From positions 5,394,001 to 5,458,000 of the forward strand of contig OZ218951.1 in NCBI GenBank assembly GCA_965112735.1: a stretch of 64,000 nucleotides of DNA, in the 5' to 3' direction. The notes below the pieces were generated by a model, which searched no databases, was not told the origin of the DNA, and saw only the letters and a program-made list of their open reading frames with translations. Every line of letters starts with the position of its first letter. Positions within the stretch are counted from its first letter, which is position 1. A program made the position numbers and the translations under genes. This document shows positions 25,492 through 44,315 of this stretch, piece by piece. This stretch comes from Phaeosaccion multiseriatum (Eukaryota > Protista > Ochrophyta, other classes).

Positions 25492-28361
25492 GTTGGGTCA
25501 GGTACCTGGCTGAGGTCGAATGTGGAGGCCTGAGTGGCGAGGATCTCCTCCACGAGCCCCACGGCGTTGTCGAATACCGATGAGTGCACCATCATCGTCA
25601 GCAGCACCTGTTGGTGATACAGTCATGGAGCAGTAGGGCAGTTGTTGGTGATACAGTCATATAGAGTAGTAGGGCAGTTGGTTGGTAGGTTAACAGTGGG
25701 GAGTGGAGAGGCAATCCAGAGGGCCAGTCGGATTCGATTCCAGGTGTGTAGACTGCGTGGGTGGAAGTGAATGAGTGAGCGGGTGGGTGGAAGTGAGTGA
25801 GTGAGTGAATGAGTGAGTGAGTGAGTGAGTGAGTGAGTGAGTGAGCAAGTGCGTGAGTGAGTGCGTGGGTGAGCGAGTGCGGGAGTGAGGGAGTGAGGAG
25901 TGAGTACGTGAGTGAGAGTGTGGGTGACTGAATGCGTGCGTGAGCGAGTGCGTGAGTGAGTGAGAACGTGCGTGAGTAAGTGAGTGAGAGAGTGCGTGGG
26001 TGCATGCGCGGGCGTGGGTGCGTGCGTGCGTGAGTGTGTGTGGGTGAGTGCATGAGCCAGTGAGTGAGTGAGTGCGTGAGGCGGTGCGTGAGTCAGTGTG
26101 GGCAATGCCTGACGCACCTTTAGTAGCGGGGCCGGCGAGGGTGGAGGGGGGGGAGGGAGCGGGGGGAGGCTCGACCAGCGCCCACCGCGAGTTGTACCAC
26201 CAACTGCTGCTGCTGCCTCGCGCTCATCCACCTCCTCTCGCTCATCCACCTCCTCTCCGTCGTCTTCACTCCGCTCAGGCCCTCTGCTGCTGCCGAGCAC
26301 ATGCCCGCTGCCCATACGCCTGGTGCTGTTGCTGGGGGAGGTCTCCGAGTGGGGATACGGGTACAGGACGGGTACGTTCTGCACAGGGGCTGCAAGGCGG
26401 TCCGCTAACTCCGGCTCAGTGAAGCATACCTAACAGATAGAGGCGTATGGGGACGGATGGAGGTTTCGGGAGGGCGGGAGGGAGGGAGGGAGGGAGGGGA
26501 GGGGAAGGATAGGGAGGGAGGTAGAGAGGAATGAAGGGAGCGGAGGGAGGGAGAGAGGAATATAGAGAGGGGAGGGAGCGGAGGGAGGGAGGGGGAGGGA
26601 CGGACGGACGGAGGGAGGGAGGGACGGACGGAGGGAGGGAGGGACGGACGGAGGGAGGGAGGGGTTGAGGGAGGAGCCCTCCGGTGAGAGAAAGGCTTAC
26701 AGGGCTTAACATTCATTAGCCAAGATCGACCTAGCCTCAAAATTAATCATCTCTCCCGTCTCTCCCTCCCTCACTTCCCCCTTCCCTCTTCGCACCAACC
26801 ACAAACTCAAACTCAAATACCCTTACCTCTCGGAGCATAACCAGGACCTCATTCCACACGGTGTTGCGTGCCTCCACCTGAGAGGCAGGCATATCTCGCG
26901 CATCGAAAAAGCCAAATCCGCTGCTGCTGCTGCTGCTGCTGCTGCTACTGCCATTCCCACTGCCGCTGCCGCCGCTGCTTCCCCTGCCGTCACCAACACC
27001 ACCTCCACCTCCTCCACTACCAGGACGCAGAGCATCTACACCACCACCAGAGCTACCATAAGCAGCACCGTCATCACCACCATGACCAGCACCGGGTACT
27101 TGGCGATCGCTCCACCTCCAGTGCACCCGCTCCGCTCCGTTGGGGTGGTACGGCATGGTATACGGGTACTGGAAGAGGCGCAGCAGTAGCTCCGGCCCTC
27201 CGAACATGACAAACGCCTCCCTGTCCAGCCTCCGAGGCTTGTGCCGAGGAGGCCCATGGCTGTGCCCTCCTTCCCCTCCTCCACCACCTGCTCCCTCGCC
27301 ATCATCATCATCGTGACCGTGTCCCCCCTGGGCATCTTCACCACCGTCTTCATCGCCCCCTCCTCCCGCCCCTCCCGCTGCTGCTCCTGCTCCTGCTACT
27401 CCGAAGTGCATGTGATATCCGTGCATGCTTCCGGGAGGGGGCACTGCGAGAGTGAGGACGACGGGACAGGAAGAAGAGAGGGGGCGGTCGTAGAAGAAGG
27501 GGGCAAGGTCAGGGTCGGGGTCAGGGTCAGGGTCCGGGTCAGCCCAGACAGAGCAGGGGTTGGGAGGTTGCTGGGGAAAGAGAGAGATAGGGGCACTGTT
27601 TCTGTGCGCAATGGAAAGACTCGTCTCAGTGCAGCACCGGGGTAGAGAGATGGCCACAAACATCCGTTGACCCTCTGTTTGTGGACCTTAACCGCCGGGT
27701 TATTCTCAGGATTGGAGTAGGTACAATACAATATGAGCTTATGAAGGGGTTGATTTACAGGAAGAAGCACCCACTCTCTATCCCCTATGCCTTGTCCCAC
27801 CCACTCACCTCCTTGCGTATTGGTCCCTCCCCCCGCCATGTTGACACCATCGCCATCCACGAGCTTGCCAATGAGGTCTCCTACCGTGGCGGACAGCGCT
27901 GCGAGGCGAGTCACGTCACTGCGCGCACCAGCCCCAGCATTCCTTCGGCCGCTGCTCCCTCGGCCGCTGCCCGCGCTACCCGTAAAGACGCTGCGCGGGA
28001 CGGCCTCCTCCAGCACCTTCTCCAGTCGCAGCAAGAGGCGGGGCACGCCCTCAAAGCTCTCGTCCAGCCTCTTCTGCAGGCTCTTCGGCATGTCACGAAG
28101 GCTGGCCGGGCCCAGCAGTGCCCGGGGCGCCTTTCCGCCAGCACCCGCGCTCCCGGGCATGCCGCCGCGCGTCTGCCGCTCCCAAAGACTGTGCATCATG
28201 CTTCGGCTACTGGTGCTCCTCAGTCGCCTGGCCCGCTTGCTCGTCCTCACGTGCTGCGTGCCCGACAGCAGTGCCGCGAAAGCCCTCCTATCTCGCTGCC
28301 TATTTCGCTCCCGTACGTCCTCCGGGTCCTCCTCCCCTTCTCTTCCAGTAGTTCCCGACAT
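18613..28361 (-). CDS. TRPC4AP: TRPC4AP/TRUSS-like protein, multi-exon, with long low-complexity insertions
   Basis: FWLASCAEAFLRG, LQTVFDLLGELCKGN, NHENICCLNT, FRQLLWFWQEYY..RGRDRLSLEFSSH and HGPGCECNPDSALRVQ match remembered TRPC4AP-family motifs. Confidence 0.82.
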
Positions 28362-28872
28362 ACCCTACCTCCTACTCGCTCTCCGTTACCACTGCCGCGG
28401 ACGCCACCGCCGCCACTTCCTCGTTCCTTCCCACCTTACGGCCTTCCCTTCTCAAGACGGAGGGCAGAAATGGGATTTGCATCACCTGCCACACGCCAGC
28501 ACGGAAACCCAAGTCGATTTTTGAAATCGAGCTGCCCTACTTTACTTTCACCAAAAGAGGGGTTGAGGGAGAGCGGACGGACGGCCCGGTTCGTCCTTCA
28601 CAAGCCTCGCCTAAGATTCACACGTCTTCGACGCTCATAAGCCTCTGCTATACTCATTTCATCTACAGGATATTCTACTTCTCCATTATTATATTAACGA
28701 CTCAACTCCCCCCCTGTATGTGAGCCTGTAGGGTGTAGGATGGGGTGAGGGAAGACTGACCGGCAGTGGCTTTACTGGCACACCAACCACCAGCTGAAAC
28801 ACCAGACCACACACAACAGCATTGGAATAGCTTCTCTCGAGGCGGGGCATTTCCTCCCATCTATTCAATCAA

Positions 28873-35180
<6,308 letters not shown>

Positions 35181-35342
35181 GCCGGTCCTAAGGCCCTGTG
35201 TGCTGTATGCAGAGGTCCTCTCCTTCCTCCCTCTATTGGCGTTCCACCCTCCTACGCGATGTGGGGTTGGGCAGGATTGAGAAGATGGCACTGGAAGGCA
35301 CATACGCCAGCACGAGTGTAGAGAGAAGTCCTTCGCTTGGCG

Positions 35343-35885
35343 ATGGTGCGGGTGATGATGCTGCTGATCCTCGGGGTAGCTGCAGTGCTCCTCTCCTCTG
35401 CCCCGTTGGCGGAGGGAAGGAGCAGCAGTGGCAGCAGCAGTAGCAGTAGAAGTAGTAGGGGGCCGACGACGGGGACACAATCGAGAGGAGTCCGGAGATC
35501 CGGGAAGGGGGGTGGGGAGGCAGGACCAGCGATGGTGCAGCAGTGGAAGGAGCCCTTTAGGTTGGGAAGGAGGGAGCGCAGGCTGAATGTGGTGCATTTG
35601 ACCAAGGAGCAGCAGGAGAAGCTCGACAAGCTGAGCAAGGCGCTGGATAGGCAACACAAGCAGGCGCGAAAGCTGCACAAGAAGAAGCAACAAAAGCTGC
35701 GGCAACAAGAACAGCAGCAAGAGAAGCAGGAGAAGCAGTGGGACTTGCAGGAAGAAGGGAGCAGTCTGTTCCGGAAGCTGGTGAAGAGCACATCCCAACG
35801 ACTGAGGTCTTCGAACACACAATCGATGAGTATGCAGCAGAAGCTGCAGCACTTCGAGCAAGACCATCAGCAGCACAAGCGACAG

Positions 35886-35923
<38 letters not shown>

Positions 35924-37019
35924 AGTGCCAAAGGGCGCGGCCTTCGTCACGCGGGTATTGGCCTTCAACCCCGTGAATGACCCCATGCGCTGGGTCAGGA
36001 GAAAGTTGGCAAGGCCCATCGGCCCACCCCCCTCTTGGGAGAAGGCCGATCTCATCGAATTCCACACCAGGACCTGCGAATACTGTGAGTCTACTGCAGC
36101 GTCGTGTGGGGTTGTTGAAGGTGCTTTGCTAACACTCTTTTGCCCTGTGTCTGGACATGCCGTGGGAATGGCCCCCTTCCTGCCAGCATATGCATCGATC
36201 TATCTGAATCGGCGCCCACCCTTGCCTTGCTGCACACCTGTGCAAATGTCGAACTGCCCCCGGCGCCTCTTACCCTCTCCCCCCCCTCTTTGCCTCTCTC
36301 TCTGTGTGTCCCTCCGTCCGCCTCCTCTACACCCCCGTCCCTCCCTCCCTCCCCCGTCCTCCCCCCACCCATCAGGCGAATACATGGAGCCCTTCATGGA
36401 CAAGATTGAGCGTGAGCAGGGCAAAAAGTTCCTTCGCCTGTTGGTGACACGCAAGCGCATGAGTATGGAAATGTCCCTCTTCAGGATACTCGACCGTTAC
36501 AACTGTGATGGCATGCCCTTCTATTACAACCCACGCACCAGGCAGTCCATCTGTGGCGCCACCACATGGGACAACTTTGTATACTGGTGAGTGTGTGTGT
36601 GTGCGTGAGTGAGTGTGTGTGAGAGAGAGAGTGTGAGCATGTGTGAGTATGTGAGTGAGTGTGTGAGTGAGTTTTTGAGTGTGCGTGGGAGTGTATATGT
36701 GCGTGTCGCGTGGCAGGGTGTGAATGAGTGTGTGAGTGTGTATGCGTGCGTGATGTTGTTCATTATTGTACGTGTGTGTATTGCTGTGACTGAGTAAGTG
36801 TATGGCCTCCGCTGATGATAGATGCATGACTGTTAGTTCCTTTGGGTGTCATTTCCTTGCGTTGCTCTAGAGTGTCTCCCCTTCCTGTCTTTAGAGGGGG
36901 CGGTTTTTGGACATTCTCTTCTTTTAACGTTTTGTAGGGCAGCGAGGGAAACAGCATGCCCGTATATGTACGCAAATGCGTCTCAGTCGATACGTGTGAA
37001 GCGTTAGCGTTGTTGTTGC

Positions 37020-37050
<31 letters not shown>

Positions 37051-37510
37051 GCTGTCGCTGCTACTGTATCACCAGCTACTGCTGACACACAACCTCTCAT
37101 CTCTCCCCTACGATGTCTCATGCTGTACTCACATTCCTTTCGTCCCGTTCTTCCTTCCTTCCTCCTTCCTTCCCTCCCCTCCCTCACTTCCTTTCTCCCT
37201 CCCTCCCAATTTCGTTCCTTCGTCCCTTCCTTCCTTCCTCCCCCCCCTCTTCTTTCCTTGCAGGGCAACGGACCGTTTCTGTATGCAGAACGTGCCGCCC
37301 CCGGACGAGATCGACGTGCGGGCGGAAGTGCAAAGTAAGTCTGTGGGAGAGTAAGCCCGTGGGAGAATAGGCCAGGGGTGAAGAACATGACTGTGGGCAG
37401 CTGGGTGGGAGTGTGTCAGTGGGAGATGTACGTCACACCGGGGTAGTGTTCGAGCGGTAGTGGTCCCGGCAGGATGATACGAGAGCGGTCAGAGCAGACA
37501 GAGAGAGGGA

Positions 37511-37559
<49 letters not shown>

Positions 37560-38480
37560 AGAGAGAGAGGGGAGAGAGAAAGAGGGTGGTCAGAGAGATC
37601 TGATAGAGAGGTCGACACAGAGTGGTGAGAAGGGCCAACGGGAGTGACACATCTCCAGCTGCCTCCCTCTCTCCATCTTCTCCCTCTCTATCTCTCTCCA
37701 ACCTCAGCTTTCTGCTCCCAGTATCGTCTGCACACACGCACGCACACACACACTCACCGTCTCCTCTCAGTACCCTCACTTATATGGGGGGTCCCCCAAT
37801 TAACCCCCTCTTTCCTACCCACCTTCCTCTCTCATCTTGCCCACGCCTCTCGCCCTTCCTTCCTTCTTTCCTTCCTTCCTTCCCCCCTTCCTCCCTCTCT
37901 TTCCCCCTCCCTTTCTTCCTTCCTTCCTTCCTTCCTTCCCCCCTTCCTCCCTTCCTCCCTTCCTCCCTTTCTCCCTCCCTTCCTTCCTTCCTTCCTTCCT
38001 TCCTTCCTTCCCCCCTTCCTCCCTCTCTTTCCCCCTCCCTTTCTTCCTTCCTTCCTTCCTTCCTTCCCCCCTTCCTCCCTTCCTCCCTTCCTCCCTTTCT
38101 CCCTCCCTTCCTTCCTTCCTTCCTTCCTTCCTCCCTTCCCCCCTTCCTCCCTCTCTTCCTTCCTTCCTTCCTCCCCCCCTTCTTCCCTCCCTCCCTCCCT
38201 CCCTTCCTTCCTCGCCTCCTTCCATGCCCATCCTGCAGAGATCCGAGCCATCAAGAGGATGGGATGGGCCGGGAAGCGGAGGGTCAACAGAGAGAGGATT
38301 AGAGAGGAGAAGGAGGACGCTATCTGGGTGGAGGAGCAGAAGATGGTGCAGGCAGACAGACAGCGCAGGAAGGAGCTCAACAGACTGAAGCAGGAGAAGC
38401 TGGACGAGCTCCGAAGGCAGCAGAAGAGGAACAAGAAGGGTCCGTTGAATGATCTGATGAACCTCGTCAAGAGGGAATGA
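35343..38480 (+). CDS. Thioredoxin-like protein with signal peptide, Q-rich linker and C-terminal coiled coil, 4 exons
   Basis: LIEFHTRTCEY|C-EYMEP gives CEYC across intron 36085-36375; CDGMPFYYNPRTRQSICGATTWDNFVYW. Last exon ends 38480. Confidence 0.75.
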
Positions 38481-38900
38481 AGATAACGAACGAGAATAAG
38501 AACAAGGACAGGAAGATAGTAAGTAGAAGGAGGACAGCAAGGGTGAGGAGCCCTTCTATAGAGGTGTTACGATGGTTTGGGTGGGCGGGGGTGAGTGTGC
38601 GGGTGGGGGCGGGCTGTTGAAGAGCTCGAGCGGTCGCGAGCGGCACAAAAGAAAAATGGGCGGCTATGATGCATTAATGGGATTTTGGGGGGTATTTTGT
38701 TTTGGCGCTGATGATGATGAGGAGGAGGAGGAGGAGTCGACCCCTGACAAGGTTCTGAGGCGACCCAGGCCAGAACCTGGAACCTTAAAGCACTTTGTGG
38801 GCAGACTGCCTACGCCTGGGCCATTGACATAATCCACACTTCAATCCACACGTGATCACGTCCTTGATTTTACACGAACACAATCGATAAGGATTATCCG

Positions 38901-40167
38901 ATGAATATGCAGCTACAGCGCCCACGTGATCTTACAGCCATCTTGGAGAAGGCAGCCCTGAGCAGCGAGGTATGCAGCTGCAGAAGGTGGATGGTGTGGA
39001 AGTTTGGTGGAATCGCGGGTGGTCCCCTTTCTCCCTGTGGGCTGCATCAGCCGCTCTAGGACCTCGAAGATCACTGATTTGACAACTTCTTCGCCCCCCC
39101 CGTTCTGCTCGCGACAGGCTGCGCGTCTCCGCTACGCTATCAAGAACCAGCGGAATCTCAGCACGGTCAGAGCCGCTGTCAGGGCATTCGTTGCTCAGCA
39201 AGGAGGGGAAAGAGCCGGCCTTGAGAAGGGCATTGATGAAGACGGACTCACACCAATGTGCATCGCGGTGAGTGAGAAGCGAGGTGATATTGTCGGTGTT
39301 CTGCTCCAAGAAGGAGCGTTGGTGAACACGCCTGCTGGTCCCCATGGCCACACTCCTCTGTGCATTGCCGCCCGTGAAGGGCGGGAGGATATCGTCCGGC
39401 AACTGACTTCTGCAGGAGCAGGAGTGGACGTAGCAGGTGGTGAGTATCGGTGGGCGCCTCTGCACGTGGCGTCTCGACTGGGTCATGTTGCCATCGTTCG
39501 GCATCTTGTGGACTGTCAAGCTAACATCAACAGCCGGGACAACAGTGGTTCGACTGCGCTACATTATGCGGCCGATTGCGGGGAACTCTCTGTAGTTAGA
39601 GATCTTCTTGCTGCTGGCGCACACGTTGATGTCTTCCAAGGCCGCTACGGCCTCACGCCCCTCTGTTTGGCTTCGCAACTAGGCCATACAAAAGTGGTGA
39701 AGGCCCTCCTCTCGAGAGGAGCTACTGTGGACCTGGTCACGTCAAACGGAAGTTCTCCTCTTCAACAAGCGGCTGCGAATGGCCATGTAGCGGTGCTCCA
39801 GGTGCTCCTCTCTGCCGGGGCGAGGGTGGCTGGGAAAGAGCGCGCTCCATCAAAGAACCCGCTTGTTTCAGCGGCGTACAATAGCCACGAGGCGGCCATG
39901 CAGGAGCTACTTCGGGCAGGGGCATGTGCTAGGGAGGCCTTCATACTGGCTCGAATGCAGAGCTGCTCTGCGCTCTGGCGCGATGTCCCTGATCGCCTCG
40001 TGGCCGCGGAGAAGCGCTACTTTGACTCTCTCAGTGTGACGGGCGTGATGGAGGCGTGCGATCGCATCTGCTGGCAGAAGGAGGGGCGCAGTCAGCAGAA
40101 GGGAGGGCCGTTGCAGCGGGGGCTTCGCCCCGAAGCGCTGCAGGAGATTGCCAAGGAAATGCCTTGA
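38901..40167 (+). CDS. Ankyrin-repeat protein 2, paralogue of 16924-18059, 2 exons
   Basis: Exon 1 38901-38969, phase-0 intron at the equivalent position, exon 2 39118-40167. Ankyrin repeats and the same C-terminal tail. Confidence 0.9.
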
Positions 40168-40214
40168 GGGAAGACGAGCGACGGCGAGCACTACCTACCT
40201 GGAAGGAGCCACGA

Positions 40215-40686
40215 CTGGCGGCCAAGGTGGAGGTCATGGAGCGTCGCCATCTGCAGCGGGAGGCGGAGCTCAACAAAGTGCTGGCAGACGCCAAGCAGTC
40301 CGCCGCTGTCAGCCTCGGCCGCATCAAGGTGAGGGGAGGGGGTATCGGATTGTCAGCTCCAGTGTGCGTTTAGCGGCGCTGGCTCAGATGTACCATCCTT
40401 TTGCATGCCTTTTGAGTCGTAGGAGTGCCGTGGCGGTGGGAGGTACATTTCACCGCCGCGCTTTTATACGCGCCTCTCACACACACACGCACACACACAC
40501 ACACAACATACGCACACACACCCTCCCACGAACGCAGGCCCTGCACAGAGAGGAGCTGCGCGAGAAGGAGGAGCAGGTGCACTCCTTCCGTCAGCAGCTG
40601 AGCGAGCTTCTGGCGGGCCTGGAGCGGTACCGAGCGGAGGCGGCGCGGCAAGCAAGGGAGAGGGGCAGGGCGGACAGGCTCAAGCC

Positions 40687-40718
<32 letters not shown>

Positions 40719-41316
40719 TGGTGGTGCAGCAGCAGCAGCAGGGCGAGTGGGGCGGGGAGGAGGGGCGGGCGCTGCTGTGCTGACGATGCGCTGAGGCGGG
40801 GGGGGTGGACGCGCTCTGCGGATGGAGGACAAGACTCGCTTGCTCAAACTATGCATCACTTCATTAGCGTAATCATTTAAATCATCTTCGCAGACCCTTT
40901 GTCTCTTGGGAAGTGCTGTAGACCCCTTGACCTATATAGGCCAAGTGCTTTAGACCTCGCCTACTCAAATGAGAGAGAGAGAGAGCTACCTTAACCTCGG
41001 CAGGCACCCGTCGAAGTGGAAGACGGATGCTGCGGCCCAGGGGCCCAGGATCGAACTCGAACCTGTGCCTCACCATCTTGCGGCCCTGCCTGTGGCCGAG
41101 GGGACCCCGCTGGCTGCTCGTGATGACTACCTTGATCCCGAGGGGGGGCGGTACTCTGCGCACCCCCGCGGGGAGGGCGAAGGTGAAGGGGCTGTGCCGT
41201 GGTGGGTCACCTCCTGGATGGACAGAGGAAGCTGCACTACTCTGCTGCCGGTAGGACTACGAACACTACTCCTGCCGATACTGCTGCTGCAGCTGCTGCT
41301 GCTGCTGCTGCTGCTA
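40215..41316 (+). repeat. Left arm of ~1.1-kb inverted duplication (copy of the CEP162-like 3' end and the FNIP gene 3' end)
   Basis: Reverse complement of 43219-44315 with scattered substitutions and indels. Confidence 0.95.
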
Positions 41317-42223
41317 TGACGAGAGGGGCATGCGGATGGATGCCTTTTGCACGGTGGTGATTCTCATCGCACGCGAAGGCCTTCTGCGGGGGTAATCTTA
41401 TCGTCTTTGATTACTTTCGCAACGGAGTAGCAGACTAGAGTCAATACTCGGAGTAGCGAAAGAAAGAAGAGAAGTCTCCTGGAGAACCCTTTTCTGGCAC
41501 AAGTCTGGCTGTGCTGTTCAAGCGATGGCCAACTCAGTACATGAGCCGAGCAAGTACGGCAGAGGGGCTCTCCCACTGTATGTGTGCTGCAGAGCTCGTC
41601 ACCAACCCAGCTTCACGATTGGTTTTCACGGCGCATGATGAGTCAATGCCGTCGGCCCGTGCTCTACCAGCTCAAGGGAAGCGCGTCGTCCCAATGATGG
41701 AGCAGCTCAGCGCGGAGGAGAGGCAACCGTTTCAGCAAGGGGAGTGTGGCCTTGGGGCCGGCAGGCATTGGTGTGAAGACTCTTCGTGTTGCGGCGGGCC
41801 TTCTCCAGGCACGCCCTCTCTGATAGCGTGCTGAAGGCACGTGGCCTGTCGTGAGCCGCAGAGCGAGAAATTTAGAAGAAGGATGCACGCATCAAAAGCG
41901 CATCAAAAGACAAATGGAAGAGCTCGAATGTGCTTGCTGAGACTGAAAGGGCAAAGCGCGTTTGGGGCAAGGTTAGGGCGAAGCTACTCTCCATTGCCTC
42001 TGAAGCGTGGGGGCAATCGATCCAACGCTGCCGCTTTGACAGGCAGCTAGTCCGCCCACTGCCTAATGGTTAAGACTCTACGTTGCACAGGAAGGGAAGT
42101 AAAAGCCACACGCGAAGCGATGGAAAGGAGCCATATTTTTTAAAAAGCAAACATCCACATCCCGTGGATACAACTCCAACCCCCCCCGGAAAAGCCCTTC
42201 GAGCTTAGAGACAAAAGAGGGGC

Positions 42224-43219
42224 ATGGCCCCAGTAGGAGGGGGGCGAGGGGGAGAGGATGAGCCGGAGAGAGGCCTGACTCGGGAGGAGGATTGGTGTGT
42301 GGAGCCAGCTGCCGCTGCTCAGCCTCAGAGGGCCCAACATGCCGGCGTCGACGAGGCGAGAGGGGAAGAGGAGAACAGTAAGGAGTGTGACGAGAAGGTT
42401 GCCTGCTGGAAATCCGTCCAGGTGCTCACGGTAGTGTGCCACGCCTACGGCCCCACAAGGGACCTTTGGGGGCTGTGTACGGCCATCGACGAGGTCTGTT
42501 CGCGGGTGCTCGTGGTCCACTCCCTCATGCCCGAGGAGGTTCAGGAGCGGATGCTTCTCCAGCTGCAGCAGCGAAAGAAAGACAGCCTCAACTCGAGGGC
42601 CTGCCGGAGAGTCCCCTTCTCGAAGGCTCGCCTGGGGCTCCTCACTAGCAGAGGGGCGGTGCACCACGAGCAGCACTCATTCCCGTCGTCCGTCGTGGGG
42701 CCTGCCGCACCGACAGCGCTCCTTCTACGAACGGTGTCTTCCCCCACCAGCCGCTGCAGTAAGGTAGCCGGCGTCCGCGGCAGAGAGCACAAGGTGGTGA
42801 CGAGAGCGCTGGAGGTGCTGCCTTCCACAGTCAAGGAGCTTCAGCTGGGCGACGTGTTTAACTCCGCGGAGCCCGTCCACCTGCCCCAAGGGCTCGAGGT
42901 CTTGAGCATCGGCAGGAACTTCAGCGGCACCCTCTCGCACCTGCCTGCCTCGCTGCGGGTACTCCGCCTCGGCGATCGCTTCAGTCAACAAGGTCTCGCT
43001 CTCCCGCCCGCCCTGGAGGAGATTGAGCTCGGTCTGAATTTCGAGCACGCTGTAGTGTTCCCTCATTCGGTGCGGAGAATCACTCTCGGCTGGGCCTACG
43101 CGCGAAGAGGGTCGCTGGACGGAGACGCAGAGGAGGGAACGGACTTACGAGTACGGGTGCCAGCGCAGAAGCGGGTGAGCGAGGTTGGAGGCGACGAGAA
43201 AAGGGTGCTTCTCGGTAGT

Positions 43220-43256
<37 letters not shown>

Positions 43257-43564
43257 TCGGCAGGAGTAGTGTTCGTAGTCCTACCGGCAGCAGAGTAGTG
43301 CAGCTTCCTCTGTCCATCCGGGAGGTGACCCATCCTCGGTACAGCTCCTTCACCTTCGCCCTCCCCGCGGGGGTGCGCAGAGTACCGCCCCCCCTCGGGA
43401 TCAAGGTAGTCATCACGAGCAGCCAGCGGGGTCCCCTCGGCCACAGGCAGGGCCGCAAGATGGTGAGGCACAGGTTCGAGTTCGATCCCCGCCCCTGGGC
43501 CGCAGCATCCGTCTTCCACTTCGACGGGTGCCTGCCAAAATGTCTGTCTCTCTCTCTCATTTGA
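42224..43564 (+). CDS. FNIP/LRR-like repeat protein 1, intronless, 446 aa
   Basis: LPSTVKELQLGDVFN, LPQGLEVLSIGRNFS, LPASLRVLRLGDRFSQ, LPPALEEIELGLNFE repeats. N-terminal module shared with 62216-63190. Confidence 0.82.
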
Positions 43565-43810
43565 GTAGGCGAGGTCTAAAGCACTTGCCCTATATAGGTC
43601 AAGGGGTCTACAGCACTTCCCAAGAGACAAAGGGTCTGCGAAGATGATTTAAATGATTACGCTAATGAAGTGATGCATAGTTTGAGCAAGCGAGTCTTGT
43701 CCTCCATCCGCAGAGCGCGTCCACCCCCCCCGCCTCAGCGCATCGTCAGCACAGCAGCGCCCGCCCCTCCTCCCCGCCCCACTCGCCCTGCTGCTGCTGC
43801 TGCACCACCA

Positions 43811-43845
<35 letters not shown>

Positions 43846-44315
43846 GGCTTGAGCCTGTCCGCCCTGCCCCTCTCCCTTGCTTGCCGCGCCGCGTCCGCTC
43901 GGTACCGCTCCAGGCCCGCCAGAAGCTCGCTCAGCTGCTGACGGAAGGAGTGCACCTGCTCCTCCTTCTCGCGCAGCTCCTCTCTGTGCAGGGCCTGCGT
44001 TCGTGGGAGGGTGTGTGTGCGTATGTTGTGTGTGTGTGTGTGCGTGTGTGTGAGAGGCGCGTATAAAAGCGCGGCGGTGAAATGTACCTCCCACCGCCAC
44101 GGCACTCCTACGACTCAAAAGGCATGCAAAAGGATGGTACATCTGACCCAGCGCCACTAAACGCACACTAGAGCTGACAATCCGATACCCCCTCCCCTCA
44201 CCTTGACGCGGCCGAGGCTGACAGCGGCGGACTGCTTGGCGTCTGCCAGCACCTTGTTGAGCTCCGCCTCCCGCTGCAGATGGCGACGCTCCATGACCTC
44301 CACCTTGGCCACCAG
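43219..44315 (-). repeat. Right arm of inverted duplication (resident copy)
   Basis: Matches reverse complement of 40215-41316. Confidence 0.95.

Noticed and set aside
37622-38540. Long P/S/L/F or G/R/E ORFs here and in other introns
   Set aside because: Stop-free microsatellites (CCTT, GGGA, GA), not genes.
38850-38861. Palindrome ACGTGATCACGT upstream of ankyrin-2
   Set aside because: Single 12-bp palindrome, not shared with ankyrin-1; expected by chance in 64 kb.
40056-40373. Ankyrin-CEP162 fusion via an overlapping frame
   Set aside because: Needs an unsupported frameshift or splice; the ankyrin frame stops normally at 40167.
41317-42200. Short ORFs in the inverted-repeat spacer as a possible recombinase
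   Set aside because: No recognisable recombinase or transposase motifs.
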